63,952 bases of DNA, filler included, from Octopus bimaculoides (GCF_001194135.2; 7 parts of 7 records of this genome joined end to end with filler, not necessarily neighbours in it); one strand, 5' to 3'. Positions 37,850 to 52,119 are shown, counted from the whole stretch's first letter. Numbers and translations: made by a program. The notes: a model not told the origin generated them from the sequence alone.

Positions 37850-38995
37850 AGTTTCCTGAGTTGGCACTGACAATGTAGGCACATTGAAAGGTAGGTCTAG
37901 CAAGATTGTTGAGATGCTTGAGTGGAAGCATGTTGATGTATGTTGCATCCAAGAGGTAAGGTGGAGAGGAGCTCCAGCCAGGTTCCTCACAGGTAAGACA
38001 CATAGATATAAGCTCTTGGGAAGGTAACAGCGATGGGGTAGGTCATGTGGGCATACCTCTTGCAGAGAAATGGGTGGATAAGGTCATAGAGGTAGTCAGT
38101 GTGTGATAGAGTACTCAAACTCAGGCCAGTCTTGCAAAATAGTATAGCGACAATTATCTCTGCCTATGCCCCACAAGCGGGCCTACTAAATGAACAGAAG
38201 AACCACTTTTATGATATTGTCCTGCAGGCTACCTCAAAGATGAGGTGACAATGATCCCATCTTCGTAGCTGAAAATTTCAATGGGCATGTCAGGTGGCAG
38301 CCAGGTATCTTCTATGGTATACATGGGGGCCATGGAATTGGTTCCCGAAACGAAGAGGGAACTAGGCTACTGGAGTTCTGTGATGCAAATAACCTATTGA
38401 TCTGCAACACCAACTTCAGGAAGCCAGCCAGCCAGCCACCTGATAACCTATCAATCAGGTGACTGTGCTAGCTAAATTGATTACATTCTCACTAGACAGC
38501 AAAATGCATGGTTGCTCTTAAATACAAAGACCCTCCCTGGTGAAGAGTGTACCCCCTAGCATAGACTAGTCATTAGTGACTTTAAACTCCAAACCAGAAG
38601 GATGCCAAGAAGCAGACTAATCCAGAAAAGAAGGATTTGGAAGCTTAAGGACCCTTCATATGGTCAGAGATTTAGGGACATTCTAATTGAGAAATTTGAT
38701 GAGAGAGAGGAGGAGCTATAGACTTGTGACATAGAGAGCAACTGGGAATTCTTTCTGGACAACTTGCTGAGTGCTACACACCAAAATCTACAGCTGGTGC
38801 AAAGTCCCATCCAGACCTAGACTGACAAGGTGGTGGAACAATGCTGTAGACAAGGCCATGAAAGCAATGAAACAGGCTTAGAAGGCCTAAAAGAGTGGTG
38901 GTGGCAGGGAACTGTATCAGATAGCCAGAAGGGAAGCTAGAAGACAAGTATATCTAGCCAAGGGAGGAGCAGAAAAGAAGAAGTTTGCCTATGCA
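37850..38995 (+). mobile_element. RTE-clade LINE, decayed AP-endonuclease region
   Basis: NVGTLKGRS..DVCCIQEVRWRG, ISAYAPQ, FNGHV, RNEEGTRLLEFCDANNLLICNTNFRKP, IDYILTR. Confidence 0.85.
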
Positions 38996-39040
38996 TTATT
39001 TACATTCAACAGATATTTGTCCTCATCTTGATTGTTGTTT

Positions 39041-39074
39041 ACACATTTCGGCTGATATACCCTTCAGCCTTCAG
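39041..39074 (-). ncRNA. Hammerhead remnant (core deletion, stem II intact)
   Basis: CTGA-A-GGCTG-AAGGGTATAT-CAGCC-GAAA-TGTGT. Confidence 0.4.
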
Positions 39075-39257
39075 ATACTGCAAAGAAAGGGGCTTGGAAA
39101 TGCCATTATGAAACACTGCTGGAGGATAACAATGAATGGAAGGAGGAGAATATATATNNNNNNNNNNNNNNNNNNNNNNNNNNNNNNNNNNNNNNNNNNN
39201 NTTAATTAATTAANNNNNNNNNNNNNNNNNNNNNNNNNNNNNNNNNNNNNNNNNNNN

Positions 39258-39597
39258 AAAATACAAAGACCTGGAAATAGAGATAACTCGAATGTGGAGT
39301 CTAAAAACAGAAACAATTCCTATCATAGTAGGTGCCTTAGGTATAATTAAAAAATACTCAGACAAATACATAACAAAAATACCAGGACTTACAAATATAT
39401 GTAACATACAGAAAATTGCACTACTGGGTACTGCACACATTCTACGCAAAACACTTTCAATACAGTAAACATAAAAGCACCACAGCAAACCACAGCACAT
39501 ACCCAAGGCGCACAGAGCTGCGCTCGGTAGTGAAGTGAAAGCACGTTATAAAAATAAAACTACTGAACAATAATAATAATAATAATAATAATAATAA
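39258..39597 (+). mobile_element. R4/Dong-like LINE 3' end
   Basis: KYKDLEIEITRMWSLKTETIPIIVGALG...LLGTAHILRKTLSIQ*, then 3' UTR and (TAA)n. Confidence 0.9.
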
Positions 39598-39599
39598 GG

Positions 39600-40620
39600 G
39601 CAATAGCTATAAAGTTCTCCAGCACTACACAGAAGAATATCTTCACAAATGGATTAATTGATCGACAATGTGGCGAAAATCCCCAAGTGACTGAGTACAG
39701 GTAAAACGGTTCTTTACCAAAGGGGCTCAGTAAAGGCAATCACGTGGATAATTATCAGCTTATCTCCTGCCTACCTTTGATGTTGAAGTGGATGGGAGAA
39801 ATAAAATCTAATTGTGTGTATAACTTCCTGGAAATGAATGACAAAATGCCAGTGGAACCGAAGTGGTACCGAAGGAAATCCGAGGGACAAAGATCAACTT
39901 CTAACAGGCATATTGGTAGTGAAAGATTGAAAGATAAGACATACTAATCTGGTTACGGCGTGGATCGATTATAAGAAAGCGTATGACATGGTTCGCCATT
40001 TCTGAATCTTATATAGTCTGGTGTTGGCACCGGTGTTTGATATCAGCTTAAAATTTATCAACAAATCAACGAAGAACTGAAATACAGAATTAACATTAAG
40101 TGGACAGTTTTTGACGAGGGTTAAGATCAAAAGACGCATGTATCAGGGAGACAACCTCATGCCATTGCTGTTTGTGATTTGTATGATATTCCATGATACC
40201 CCACCCACACACAGATAATAGGGAAAGTGACATGTGAGAAAACCCTTGCTAAATTTGTTGCCTTATTGATAAAGGACATGAAAAACCTCCCAATGGCAAA
40301 TACTCGAAGAGAGCTAACAGTGCCGATGTTGGCAAAGCACTTACCCATCAATGGTTAGTGGCTTCTTGCTTAAAATCAGAAGCAGAAGGGTTTATCATAG
40401 CATCCCAAGATCAATGCCTACCTACAAGAAACTACCAGGCCAACATATTAAAGGACAGCAGCTCTCCAACATGTCTTGTACGTCTACAACGAAATGAAAC
40501 CATTCAACATGCAGTCTCCATGTGAAGTATTCTTACGCCTACAGTGTATCTAAACAGACATGGGAGAGCACCATAATATATTCGCTGGGTAATCTGCAAA
40601 AACCTGGTCGAGATTATAAA
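39600..40620 (+). mobile_element. Decayed R4/Dong-like RT and zinc-finger fragments
   Basis: NYQLISCLPLMLK, GTKDQLL, AWIDYKKAYDMV, YQGDNLMPLLFVICM, LKSEAEGFIIASQDQCLPTRNY. Confidence 0.85.
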
Positions 40621-41102
40621 AGAAGAAATATCCTTTGCATGCAAGCAAGGCGGACAAAAACGTATATAAAACATAAATCTCTTTAAGTCTGGAACTATAA
40701 AATATTACAAATGTTATGAATAATCTATGTCTATAGAATAAAGTTTAAAATGAGTTTGGTTCAGCAGAATGTGAGATTTTAATGATTGTTTTGAGATTTT
40801 ACAGCGAAAGAATGTTTTTAGCTTTCGTGGTAAAATATTATTCCGCATTTCAATATTGTTATAAATAAATGTTTTTGGCAAATTGATACTCGACAAAAAA
40901 AAAGTGTTTCAAAATTCAAGTCAACGGTATCTCTTGTTTGGTAGTTGTGAGGGAGAGAATGGTGTCAGATAATTTCAAAGAATCAAGTAGGCCGGTGATG
41001 ATGAAATATCTTTTGGAACTTGATAGCAGAGTTGTGTATGATGACGGAAATGATCAGAAGAGAATGTTATCGCAGGGTAAGAACAATATATATTTCTATC
41101 AT

Positions 41103-41385
41103 TATTATTATTATTATTCAGCCTTGGGTATGTGCTGTGGTTTGCTGTGATGCTCTTATGTTTACTGTATTGAAAGTGTTTTGCGTAGAATGTGTGCAGT
41201 ACCTAGTAGTGCAATTTTCTGTATGTTATATATATTTGTAAGTCCTGGTGTTTTTGTTATGTATTTGTCTGAATATTTTTTTATTATACCTACTATGATA
41301 GGAATTGTTTCTGTTTTTAGATTCCACATTCGAGTTATCTCTGTTTCCAGGTCTCTGTATTTTGAAAGTTTTTCCATTTCTTTTA
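41103..41385 (-). mobile_element. R4/Dong-like LINE 3' end, second copy
   Basis: KYRDLETEITRMWNLKTETIPIIVG...LLGTAHILRKTLSIQ*; (TAA)n on both sides. Confidence 0.9.
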
Positions 41386-43009
41386 TTATTATTATTATTA
41401 AACGAAAGTAATTTTCATTCAGGATATGAAGACAGGTCCACGAGCAAAGCTTGCTGTAATATAGATGTCTTGCAAACAACTTGCACATGCAATTGCTACC
41501 GTGCTCCCAGTCGAGGGCTCCGCACCGGAAGCCAGCAACTGTCTGGGATCACCAGGAGGGAATGCGCGCCGTTTCAAGGCCTACCTCTCGACGGCATCAA
41601 TGCACACCGACCCTCCTCACTGATATGAAGCCCCACTTGCCAGAGCAACTGTTTATAAGATAAAGCTCAATATTTTAGCCATCGCCAATCGTCTCTTTTT
41701 TAGTCAAATCTGTCATAGGCCCCTGTGCTTCCTGAAACAAATTTCTCCACCAAGTGTGCTTAAGCCTCCTGAGATCTTTTTTCGAAGTCTACTTTTTGAG
41801 ATCTGTACAACTTTTCTAGTTACACTCCGTTATATATGTTTGGGCCAAGAACCTTTTGATGAGAGGATCTCTTTGTTGCTTGGCAAACCTTGAGTTTTGC
41901 TGCGCATGCGCATTAAATTTTAATGTTGTAACTCACAGCCGCTGTTTACAGACGTGTTCAGTGTTTAAATAAAGTTACAATTAATTGATTGTATGGATTG
42001 AAACTAACTACAAAATATAAACTCAGTATAAATAAAAAAGGAGACATGCAATGTAAGTCAATTTGATAATCAGTAATTATCAGGAAACGTTCTTATATTA
42101 TTTGGACTTCCTATGTATCATCAGCGACATCTGTTAACTAATGTTTGACTGTTGCTTCCCGGGTATGATCTACTAGTTGTAGACTTCTTTCGAATTTTTA
42201 AGGCGACAAAGCCGAACTTTTTATAGTTAGTGCACAAATTTGCAGTTTAATAATGAGCATATGTGACACACTACATAATATACAAAGCGTTAGTTCAAAG
42301 AATTGCTCAATATTCAAATACATACCGATAATGCATCAATACATATATTCACATATCTTTTGAAGGTTATTAACAAAGCGTGGTAATAATGATAAAATGA
42401 TGGTAGATGTGATAGTAGTCCCGTATTGTGGATTGGCGGATGCATGCATTGCAAAAACAAACCTAGATTTTCATTTCTGAATTGACCGCTTTTGGTTTTT
42501 GATCCTGATTAGAATATACATACAGTCTAATTTTTGTCAAAAGATGTTTAACGCTAAATCCGTCTGACTGAGTTGATTCTGTGACAGATAAAAGCACACA
42601 CATTATATCTATACTGATTTGATATGACTCAGTTCAAATCTATTAAAGAAGTGCCATCTATAACTGAGATTTTGGCTACTTTCTTCAAAGTATGCTGCAA
42701 GATACTAATTCAACATAGTAACAGCAAAAAAACTATCAAGTTCACCTCGTGGTAGATGAAGAAATGATTAGTTTGTGAATGACTTGTTTTCAAATTAATT
42801 GTCTTGGAATAGTTTCAAGAAAAGATTTTCTATCGGTACGAATGAGTGATGGACAGCTGAAGCTTTTAGAGATCTTCCAGTATGCCATATATTCAGATGA
42901 ATGGAAGTTGTTGTTTAGAAAAGAATCGAAGCATTACATAAAATGATTCCAGATCAGTTGCCTTTCAAAGTTTCATGTCTGTTAATATTGTTGTTGTTCT
43001 TGTTGCGGC

Positions 43010-43077
<68 letters not shown>

Positions 43078-43128
43078 GTTGCTGTTGTTGTTTTTACATA
43101 GCTCCTAACGCCCCGTGGGTAACACCCT

Positions 43129-43159
<31 letters not shown>

Positions 43160-45900
43160 GTATTATTAGCAAGCTTCCTTCACAATAGAATGTGATGTTT
43201 TGCTGCTTTCGTTGTTGCACAAGAGTCGCAGCGTCCAGTCCTCTGAATTGGATAAGTACCTGTTCATTGCTATTACGGAGGTCATATAGCACATTTCTAC
43301 ATGCATCATTCTTCTTCTATCATTACTTCTAGGTAGGTACAGACCATCAACATCTGCTTTTGGGTGGTGCATGTTCTTAGGAAATTAGTAGTTGGACCTG
43401 TGTAAAATTCCAGTGAATGATGTTAAAACTCTCTTGGATGGTCTACTGGGAATGCCAGTGTGTTAATGACTTCCATGCGATTTTTAGAGTTGAGTTCTGT
43501 TTTGTTGTATGAATCTTATTCTCCTGTAATATGCCTTTCTTAATTCTTCCCTTCGTGGTAGCATATTATTGTATATCATCTCCTTCGTTTATCTCCAGGT
43601 ATGTATAATTTTCTTGTGGGTCAGGCTCCTTGATCTTAGTGTCGGTATCTAATTTAATTGAAGGTATTTGCCCGAGCTTACCTCTTACAATGTTACTTTA
43701 GCACACTTATCAAGGCTAAAGCCAATCCTGGTATCATTACCGAATTGCTTAACAGGTGTTAGCGGCCCAGCAAGCTCTTCGTCATTTCTAGCAAACAGCT
43801 TCAGATAATCCATATAAAACAAATGATTTATTGGCGTGCTGTAATCTTTGAGCCCATTCCTGGTGTTCTTTAATTTGTGTGAGAATGGGATCAGTGTTAT
43901 ATAAAAAAGTAATGGGGAGAGGAAGTCACATTGAAAGATGCCTCATTTGTTGTTGATGTCGTCAGTTTAGTTAATCCCACTTGACCATGCTATCTTGTAA
44001 GAATTTGGAGGTGACAGGAGAGATCTTATATATTTCATGGGCCTTGAGTAGCCAATTATGTGGGACACTATCATATATTTTCTTCCAATTTATCCATGTC
44101 ATGCGTAAGTTCTTCGTTTTGCTCTGATAATTCTCTACAAACATTTTGCTTAAAACTAATTGATGTTTACACCCTTATGAATTCCTTTTACTGCCTTTTT
44201 GAGCTTGTGGAAGGATAGATCTCTGTTCAAGGAAAGCGTATATTCTGTCATTTAATATGTATGTGAGGATCTTGGAGGTGGTGTTGCGAAAACTTATTGG
44301 TCGATAGTTATTTGGATTGTTTGTATTCAGTTTATGATAAGAGATATGTTGTTCCATTGGTCACACAGGCAGGTATTTGCTCTGGGTTCTGGATGACATC
44401 AGTCAGAGATGCAGCGAAATTTTTGTGTAATTCTGTTAGACAATTTAGCCAGAAATTACGAATTCGGTCCAGTCCTGAGGTTTTCCATTTGTGAGACTTC
44501 CTAAGAACACATCTTAACTGTTCTATTCTTACTGCAACCCATTTCTACTCTTCAGTCTCATCCAGTTTCACTTTCTCACGCTCTATCCCGTCAGCATTAG
44601 CATGGTATTCTTTTTGATGCTCCATATCATCTTCCAGAATACTTCCATTACATTTATCCAGTCTTAGGTGCCTCATTTAACTCTATCTTACTTCTGCCAA
44701 TTTTCCTGTAAACATACTTAGTATCCGTCTTGAATATATTCTGTTGTCGATAAAATTCGATTCTTTTCTCATATCTTCTAAGCCGTTGGGCTTTCAGTTG
44801 TATTAGTTGTTTCAATCAGTCCTTAGTTGCAAGGAGGTTTATAAAATCTTTAAGTTTATATTATTGATTGATTTTTCTAGCTTGTTTTGTCTTCATATTT
44901 ATTCCTCTAGGAGGTTTATCTGGAACTGATAGATCCGCCTGCAGAGATTCGATCACTTTTTTATTGCTACATTCCAAATCTATTGACATGGTTGGTCGTT
45001 TTCTGTATCATCCCGATACCTAGTTGAGCAGTTACAACTTTCGCAGTGGATTAGATGGGGTTATTTAAGGCTGTTTGGTCATTTTCATTATAAATTAAGA
45101 TCTGTCTAAGAGCAATATTATATATCATGATTATGTTTTTTTTCTTTTATGCGATTTGAGAACTTTGCCAGTGGTTGTTTATTGATGATGTCAATAGACT
45201 CTGTCTTGCTGAGTTTTCCCACAATATTTTCTTTTTCTTCTATAATCTTCGCTTTATTATTCACCTCAAATTCTGTGTCATACCTAATCTGGTGTTCTTG
45301 AGGTAGGTCTACTTTTTCCTCTTTTCCCGTATATCTGTTCTTCAGTATTCTTTCTTGAGTTTACTTGTTGGGATATACTGCTCGCACATTGGGTTCTGTG
45401 AATTTGTTACCTATTTCATCTGCATTATTTCCATTTACCATTTGTCTACCATGAGATATTTGTGTCCTAATTTGGCTAAGTTCAGGGTTATTTAACCTTT
45501 TATTCTTAATGATGTCACCACGTACACTACTTAGATTATTTGCGTCTATATATCTGCGTACTTCATTCCCTACTAAGTTCCTCCATAAAATTTAAGTTTG
45601 TAGTATGACATTATTGTCTGGATTTAGTTAGGCTGTCTAGAAAGCTTTCAACACATTCCTAATCCACTTTATTCCATTTTATGCGTTTTGCCCTAGGTGA
45701 TGTTTTTGGTGGAGTCACTACCGGACTAGAGGTAGGGTTATTCTGGATCTGGTGACTTAGTAGATCGCTTATTAGAATTCGTTTTTTATTTCAGTATCAG
45801 ACTTTTCGACCCCAGTCTGGTTCCCCACTGAGTAATGCTGTCCTTATGTGTACCAGATGATGAAAGATTCAGCATGAGTATCGAGTTGTCATTAAGGCAT
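43160..45900 (-). mobile_element. R4/Dong-like LINE, 5' ~2.7 kb including RT, decayed
   Basis: LRKSHKWKTSGLDRIRNFWL, NYRPIS..TTSKILT, INHLFYMDYLKLFA (YMDD motif) and HHPKADVDGLYLPRS. Confidence 0.85.
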
Positions 45901-46191
45901 TGAAAGTGTAACGGGACAGTTGAGACGGGTCAGACAAGAGACGGGTCAATTGTTCAGAGTTGACATTTTGATCAGAAACCGATTCCTTGTTCTTCGAATG
46001 GATATACTTATTACATAGTGCGCTGATAGATAAAAAATTACCATTTTATTTTTTCCATTTCGGTCTCCGATTTTCGTTTTTGCGTTGTTTACTGTTTGCT
46101 TTTTTCAAATGCTGCCTTCTCAAGTTTTACGCGTTTCCTCTATTATTTAGTTTCGTTAAGTCGTTCTATGTATATATACATACATGCAAAC

Positions 46192-46226
<35 letters not shown>

Positions 46227-46310
46227 NNNNNNNNNNNNNNNNNNNNNNNNNNNNNNNNNNNNNNNNNNNNNNNNNNNNNNNNNNNNNNNNNNNNNNNNNN
46301 NNNNAAATAT

Positions 46311-46347
<37 letters not shown>

Positions 46348-47947
46348 GGTTTTGCATCCGCAAATATCACAGCTATGCACTTTCCGTAAGTATATTTTGA
46401 ATTGTATTTTTTATAAGACACATTATTTTGATAGTATATAGTATCTATTTACGCGAACAAGTCTTGTTATGCTTGAACATTTTAAATGCATGTCTTCTTG
46501 AAAGAAAACGTACGAGTATTCACAAACTGTTCGGAAAACGCATCAGTGAAATCAGGCATTTGATTTCATTGAGAGTTGAAATCAATGCCACATATATTGT
46601 GGCAGCGGCTTGTAGTTACATACACTAAGGAAATAGCAGCATATAAAAGGGAGCAATAAAATCGATGAAAACATTGAGATAGTGAATAATATTCCCTCTC
46701 TCATAACGTTTCTGGAACACAGAGATATGAAATATTCATCTCAAGTAAATTGTACAGGGATACATTAGATATCATGACTATCGCAACATTCATAATCATC
46801 ATTCTACATAATCCGGCGGTTTAATATGTCACTACTTGCTAGTAATCTGTTTATTTATATCACTGGGAAATCATATAAATCCATCAAATACATCATCGAT
46901 AGATCATAATTTTTGAAAGAAACATATATGGAAACGATTGTATGAAATGTATAGGAACATAAATATGTCGATTGGAAGAAGAAAAATAGAGCATGATGCA
47001 TCCGGTGTCTGCAAGTGTAATAAGCCCAACTATAACTCAATCACATATTGAAAGGTAGCTAAGGGTACGAGTGAAAGTTCTGATGACGACTGAAATAAAA
47101 GCACTGCACGGAAACTATCAATATTTTAAACTCACTTTGAAACTCATGATGGGTTTATCAATAACAATCTTGTGGTAATCGCAAAGACACAGACGAACGC
47201 CAATGCAACGTAATTTGTAGAACGGAAAATAGAAATATATTGGCTGTATTTAGTTATGTACTTTTGCATAGAATTGTCTTTCATCGTTATGAAAGCTGTG
47301 AAATAATTTATGTTCAGCTGATCGAGTCGATCGATCCCAGTGTGTACTGATCTATTTTTCATGACCTATGAATCTATTGAAAACAGAGACAGATGAGGTG
47401 GGATTCGTTGCTATATATCAATAGAATCTTAGTCTATGACACAGCTTTACGCTTGCTGCATACAATACATACAATATACTGACACAATTCTATTCTTAAC
47501 GGAATTAGTTATATCTAAATCTACTTTCCAGCGCTGTACTTCGAGAGTTTCTGTATGTAATATAGAGTGAAACTACAGAAGAATCATGGAATAAATTATA
47601 AATTCTTCTAAAAATACGAAACAAACGAAATTTGTTGTTTTATGATATGTATATATATATATATATATNNNNNNNNNNNNNNNNNNNNNNNNNNNNNNNN
47701 NNNNNNNNNNNNNNNNNNNNNNNNNNNNNNNNNNNNNNNNNNNNNNNNNNNNNNNNNNNNNNNNNNNNNNNNNNNNNNNNNNNNNNNNNNNNNNNNNNNN
47801 NNNNNNNNNNNNNNNNNNNNNNNNNNNNNNNNNNNNNNNNNNNNNNNNNNNNNNNNNNNNNNNNNNNNNNNNNNNNNNNNNNNNNNNNNNNNNNNNNNNN
47901 NNNNNNNNNNNNNNNNNNNNNNNNNNNNNNNNNNNNNNNNNNNNNNN

Positions 47948-47992
<45 letters not shown>

Positions 47993-49987
47993 GATAACAT
48001 TGCATTGCATTGTATTTGCCTCAAGCAATCTATATTGTATATTATTTACACGGAGACAGGTGATTTCAGTAAATATAGAAGATGTACGTAGCTAGGAAAT
48101 TCATTTAAAAGTTATTGAATATATTACAGAAATCTTAAAGTAGTTTAAGTAAAATAAAAAGAAACAATCACAAGTTATTGCGTTACATTCTTAGATTTAA
48201 TTAAGTATAGGCGATCTATATTGAATATTTCCATATCAGGAATATATTGAATATGTGCCTATTATTAGTGAAACCAACGAAACGTTTTGAAATATTTAGT
48301 GCCGTCTCTTCTAGGGTTTCAGTTATAAAACCGCTGGCATCAATATTGCCGCCTTGATGAAATGAGTCCTGGTCACGTTATTACTTTGGCTAAATCTATT
48401 ACTACGTTGATTTAAAATGTATGCTATGTATGTATGATATAAATCGTCTTTCTTTCATATTTACTTCATTGTAGGCTATGACTAAAGGAAAAGGTTCATT
48501 CATGTTTAATTCCGGTCGAACAATTGACACTATTTGCCGTTCTGGCCTTCCTCGTTAATGTGTGACATATTATGGAGTGGTATGAGGCGAAAAGCAAAGC
48601 AGTTGATTTGTTCTCCGGCACTTTTCGATTAATATTTTTGAGGACTATAGTGCATAATCATGTGAGAAATTAATATCATTCTTTCTGTTTCCTTTAACTA
48701 CAATAAGTTTATTGGTAGAATAACTCAAAACACACTCCTGCAATTATTTATAGTGTTCGTTAATTTGTCTTCTTTATAACCGCAACAAGTTTCATATCTG
48801 AATTCCAAAGACAGATAGAAAACGAAATTTATGGAATATAACTTCGGATATGAAACTATATATGAAGTTAATAAACTTAAAGGCAAATTAATACCAGTTG
48901 CATTGAAATAGCTAGTGCAAGAATACGGTGACTCCATATGGCCGGGGGTGCATGAAAGATACGGACTTCGTTACAGTCATAATAGTGTTCAAACTAAGTT
49001 TCTGTTTGAATAGAATTAGACGTTGACCGTAAGCTTACAAAGCGAAAGTACTTGCGAAAGGATATTAATACGAATCTTTTTTAATGCCTTCTATCATCCG
49101 TTGCAAAATTGTAAAAGGGAAGTCAGTCACAAAGTAACAAAAGTACCACAATGTCCTTATATATGGAAGCACACACACACACACACACACTCACACATAT
49201 GAACACTTATCTAATATGCTATAAATTTCTTAAACGTGGAGTTTGATTATATATATTCTGAGCAATTTCTTTTCAATTTATATATAATTAAGAAGATTTA
49301 TGCTCAATTTGAACTTTCTTACGATACTTCAATAATTATGGAATGATTATATTGATACGAGGATAGAGTAAAACTTTAAGGGTGCGTTCGGCTGTCATAA
49401 AACCAATTCAAAAACGTGGGATTCACTTTAAAATGGCATGCTAACATCACATTAGATGTATTCTTCGTGGTTCTGTAATGGCTATTTTCCTCTGTTAATA
49501 AAGGCAGTTGTGTCTTAAGGGAACATAAAGAAAATAATGAAACAATTCATGCGACTGGAGGCTGAGAGATTCAATCATAATAAAATTCTTTATTACTGAA
49601 GAACTCCGAAATATACTGGCAACAATCTTTTGACCGCGTTCTGACGACATTTTATGACTGAAAATGCTATTGAATAGAGCGATATTGTGAAGTTAACTGA
49701 AGTAAACCACGCTGAGATTGGTTTTATTTGCATGTGTCTTAATGTCACATTCTCTTTCTTCTATTTGTCTCTGTCTCTCCAATTCACCAGCTCTTTCAAT
49801 TCTAAGTTTACTACCTACATGTTGGCCATTTATCATGCAAACACAATACATGCCTGTAAGCATATGTGAGTGTGGTAAATATGGTTTTATGCATATATTT
49901 GTAAGAATATATCAATATTCATGGACATATTAAACAGAAGATATTTATATGAAATTCGTATACCACATCAATGCATACATACATACG

Positions 49988-50032
<45 letters not shown>

Positions 50033-50779
50033 GCATACACACACGTATATACATACGTATATGAATATATACATCCTCACTCACATATATTTAGATGTGC
50101 GTATTTAGTGTGTTCTTTTGAGTTTGTTTCTTTAATTGTCTAGCTATTCGACAAAGAGAAAGCGGATACTCAATGTAGATCGTAGAGAAATTTCTTGGTA
50201 TACTAACTAATGCGTTTGAATTTGATAGTCGTCTTTCACATCACTACGATTTTCAGACAACGCGTATAACGTCTTGCTTGTGATGAACTTCAGTACATTA
50301 TAGTAACGGTTATACTACTCAAGCCTTATCACTTATTTTAATTCGTTTTAAATGTGTGTAGCGGTTGACTATTTCTTCCAAAGTGCCAATTGGTAATTGT
50401 ATGTTGACAACGTGTTCAAAGGTTGCATCTGTGGTGTTAGTATCATTTCTTATTCCTTATTTATTTTATGCTATTTCTAAAACTCTGTTAAGTACATTTT
50501 ATGAAACTTTTGCTATTTTCTCATTATACAGCCTGTATTTTAGCAACGATTTTACTAAGCACAATGAATATTACTTCTGACATTTAATACTTTTCCAATA
50601 AACAAAAGACTTCTCTGTAAATACTGCGTTTCGCATTCAAACTGCTCCAACCTTTTAAATGTCATATTTGCTCTATATGACCGAGCATTGAGGAACATCT
50701 TTCGCCTTGAAAACAAAGATGGTTATTTTTCCACTAGCGCTGACTTAAGCCGTTCCAGCTACTCACAGTAGATCTCGTA

Positions 50780-52073
50780 TTAGGTTGGCAATTAAGTTCC
50801 CGTCGTATTTTTTTTTACTTAAATTTTTAAAAAGTTTTAATAAAAAATAACAACTAATTAATCAATAATATATTCAACCTTGTTGTTTACAACTTCTTCC
50901 CAACTTTCAACAATATTATCAACACCTCGTTGGTAGAAACCACCCGATTTTGACTCGAAGAATTGCTCCAACCAAGCTCTCAATTCTGCATTAGGATTGA
51001 ACGTAACTCCGCGCATAGCATTTGAAAGAGATCGAAAGAGGTAGAAATCTGTTGGTCCCAAATCAGAATACGGCGGGTGTGGCAGCACTTCCCAGCCATG
51101 CGTTTAAATAGCTTCCTTGGTCATATTGGCGATATGAGGGTGGGCGTTGTTGTGCAGTAGAAGAACTCCATGCTGCAGTAGAAGAACTCCAATTTGGACT
51201 TCTCTCTTGAATAGCCGTGTTGTGTCGTTCCATCTGTTGAACATAGATTTCCGCGTTGACCGTTTGGTTCTGTTCAAGCAATTCGAAATGGATAATCCCT
51301 TCCCAGTCTCACTGTACACACAGCATCGTTTTTCGCAGATGAATATCTTGTTTCACGCGTGGTGTCGCTTGTTTACCGCGGCTAAGCCATTCCTTACGCT
51401 GCTTCATATTGATGTACCGGCACCATTTTTCGTCACCAGTAACGATGCGGTAAAGAAATCGTTGCTTTTGTCCATGAGTTGAGCGGTGACGTGCAAGCAA
51501 ACCAAGGGAGATTGTGGCACGTTGATTTTTGTTGTTGTCACTTAAAGCATGTAGAACCCATGCTCCATATTCTGAACCTTTCCCATCGAGTGAAGATTCA
51601 CCTCTATAGCAGTGAAGGAGCATTCCATTTTCTCTTTCAGTTGCCTTGTCGTTTGACGAGAATTTTCGTGAAAACGTTGGTTTATTCGCTCTTAATCGAA
51701 CTAAATTGGACGGCCAGAACGAGGTGCGTCTTTGAGGTCAAAATTTCCATTTTTGAACTTGGCATACCAATCACGAGCGGTTCTTTCAGCAACGGCACCG
51801 TCTCCATACACAGCAAAAATGTCGCGAGCAGCTTTTGCGGCCTTAGAACCTTGATTAAAAGCGAAAAGGATGTGTCGGAAATACTGTCTATTCTTCACTT
51901 GGCATTACATTTTAATGATTTGAAAATAAACAAAAATTAACTAAAATTAACTAAAATGATACAAAATGATACAAAAATAGACTCCTCGAAAAAGGTATAT
52001 TCCAAAATTTAAAAACGCATTAAATTCTGGAATTAAAAAAATGAAAGCAGCAGGAACTTATTTGCCAACCCAA
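50780..52073 (-). mobile_element. Full-length (~1.3 kb) decayed mariner
   Basis: TA TSDs; TIRs TTAGGTTGGCAATTAAGTTCC / GGAACTTATTTGCCAACCCAA (19/21). Peptides RSGRP, IVTGDEKW, HNNAHPH and HPPYS-DLGPTDFYLF in shifted frames. Confidence 0.95.
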
Positions 52074-52119
52074 TATTTAAAAGTTAAAAGTCGACTAAAC
52101 CTTTCTTATTCCACCAAAC

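Noticed and set aside
41901-41912. NRF1-like palindrome TGCGCATGCGCA
   Set aside because: No other promoter evidence; a similar motif lies inside the mariner at ~1435, so it may be transposon-derived.
45790-45880. Possible 5' self-cleaving ribozyme of the Dong-like LINE
   Set aside because: Only a 6 bp hairpin (CAGACT/AGTCTG) is evident; I could not build an HDV-like or twister fold by eye. An Infernal search would decide.
46556-46603. Two adjacent hairpins (12 bp and 6 bp stems)
   Set aside because: Too short for a pre-miRNA and plausible by chance in AT-rich DNA.
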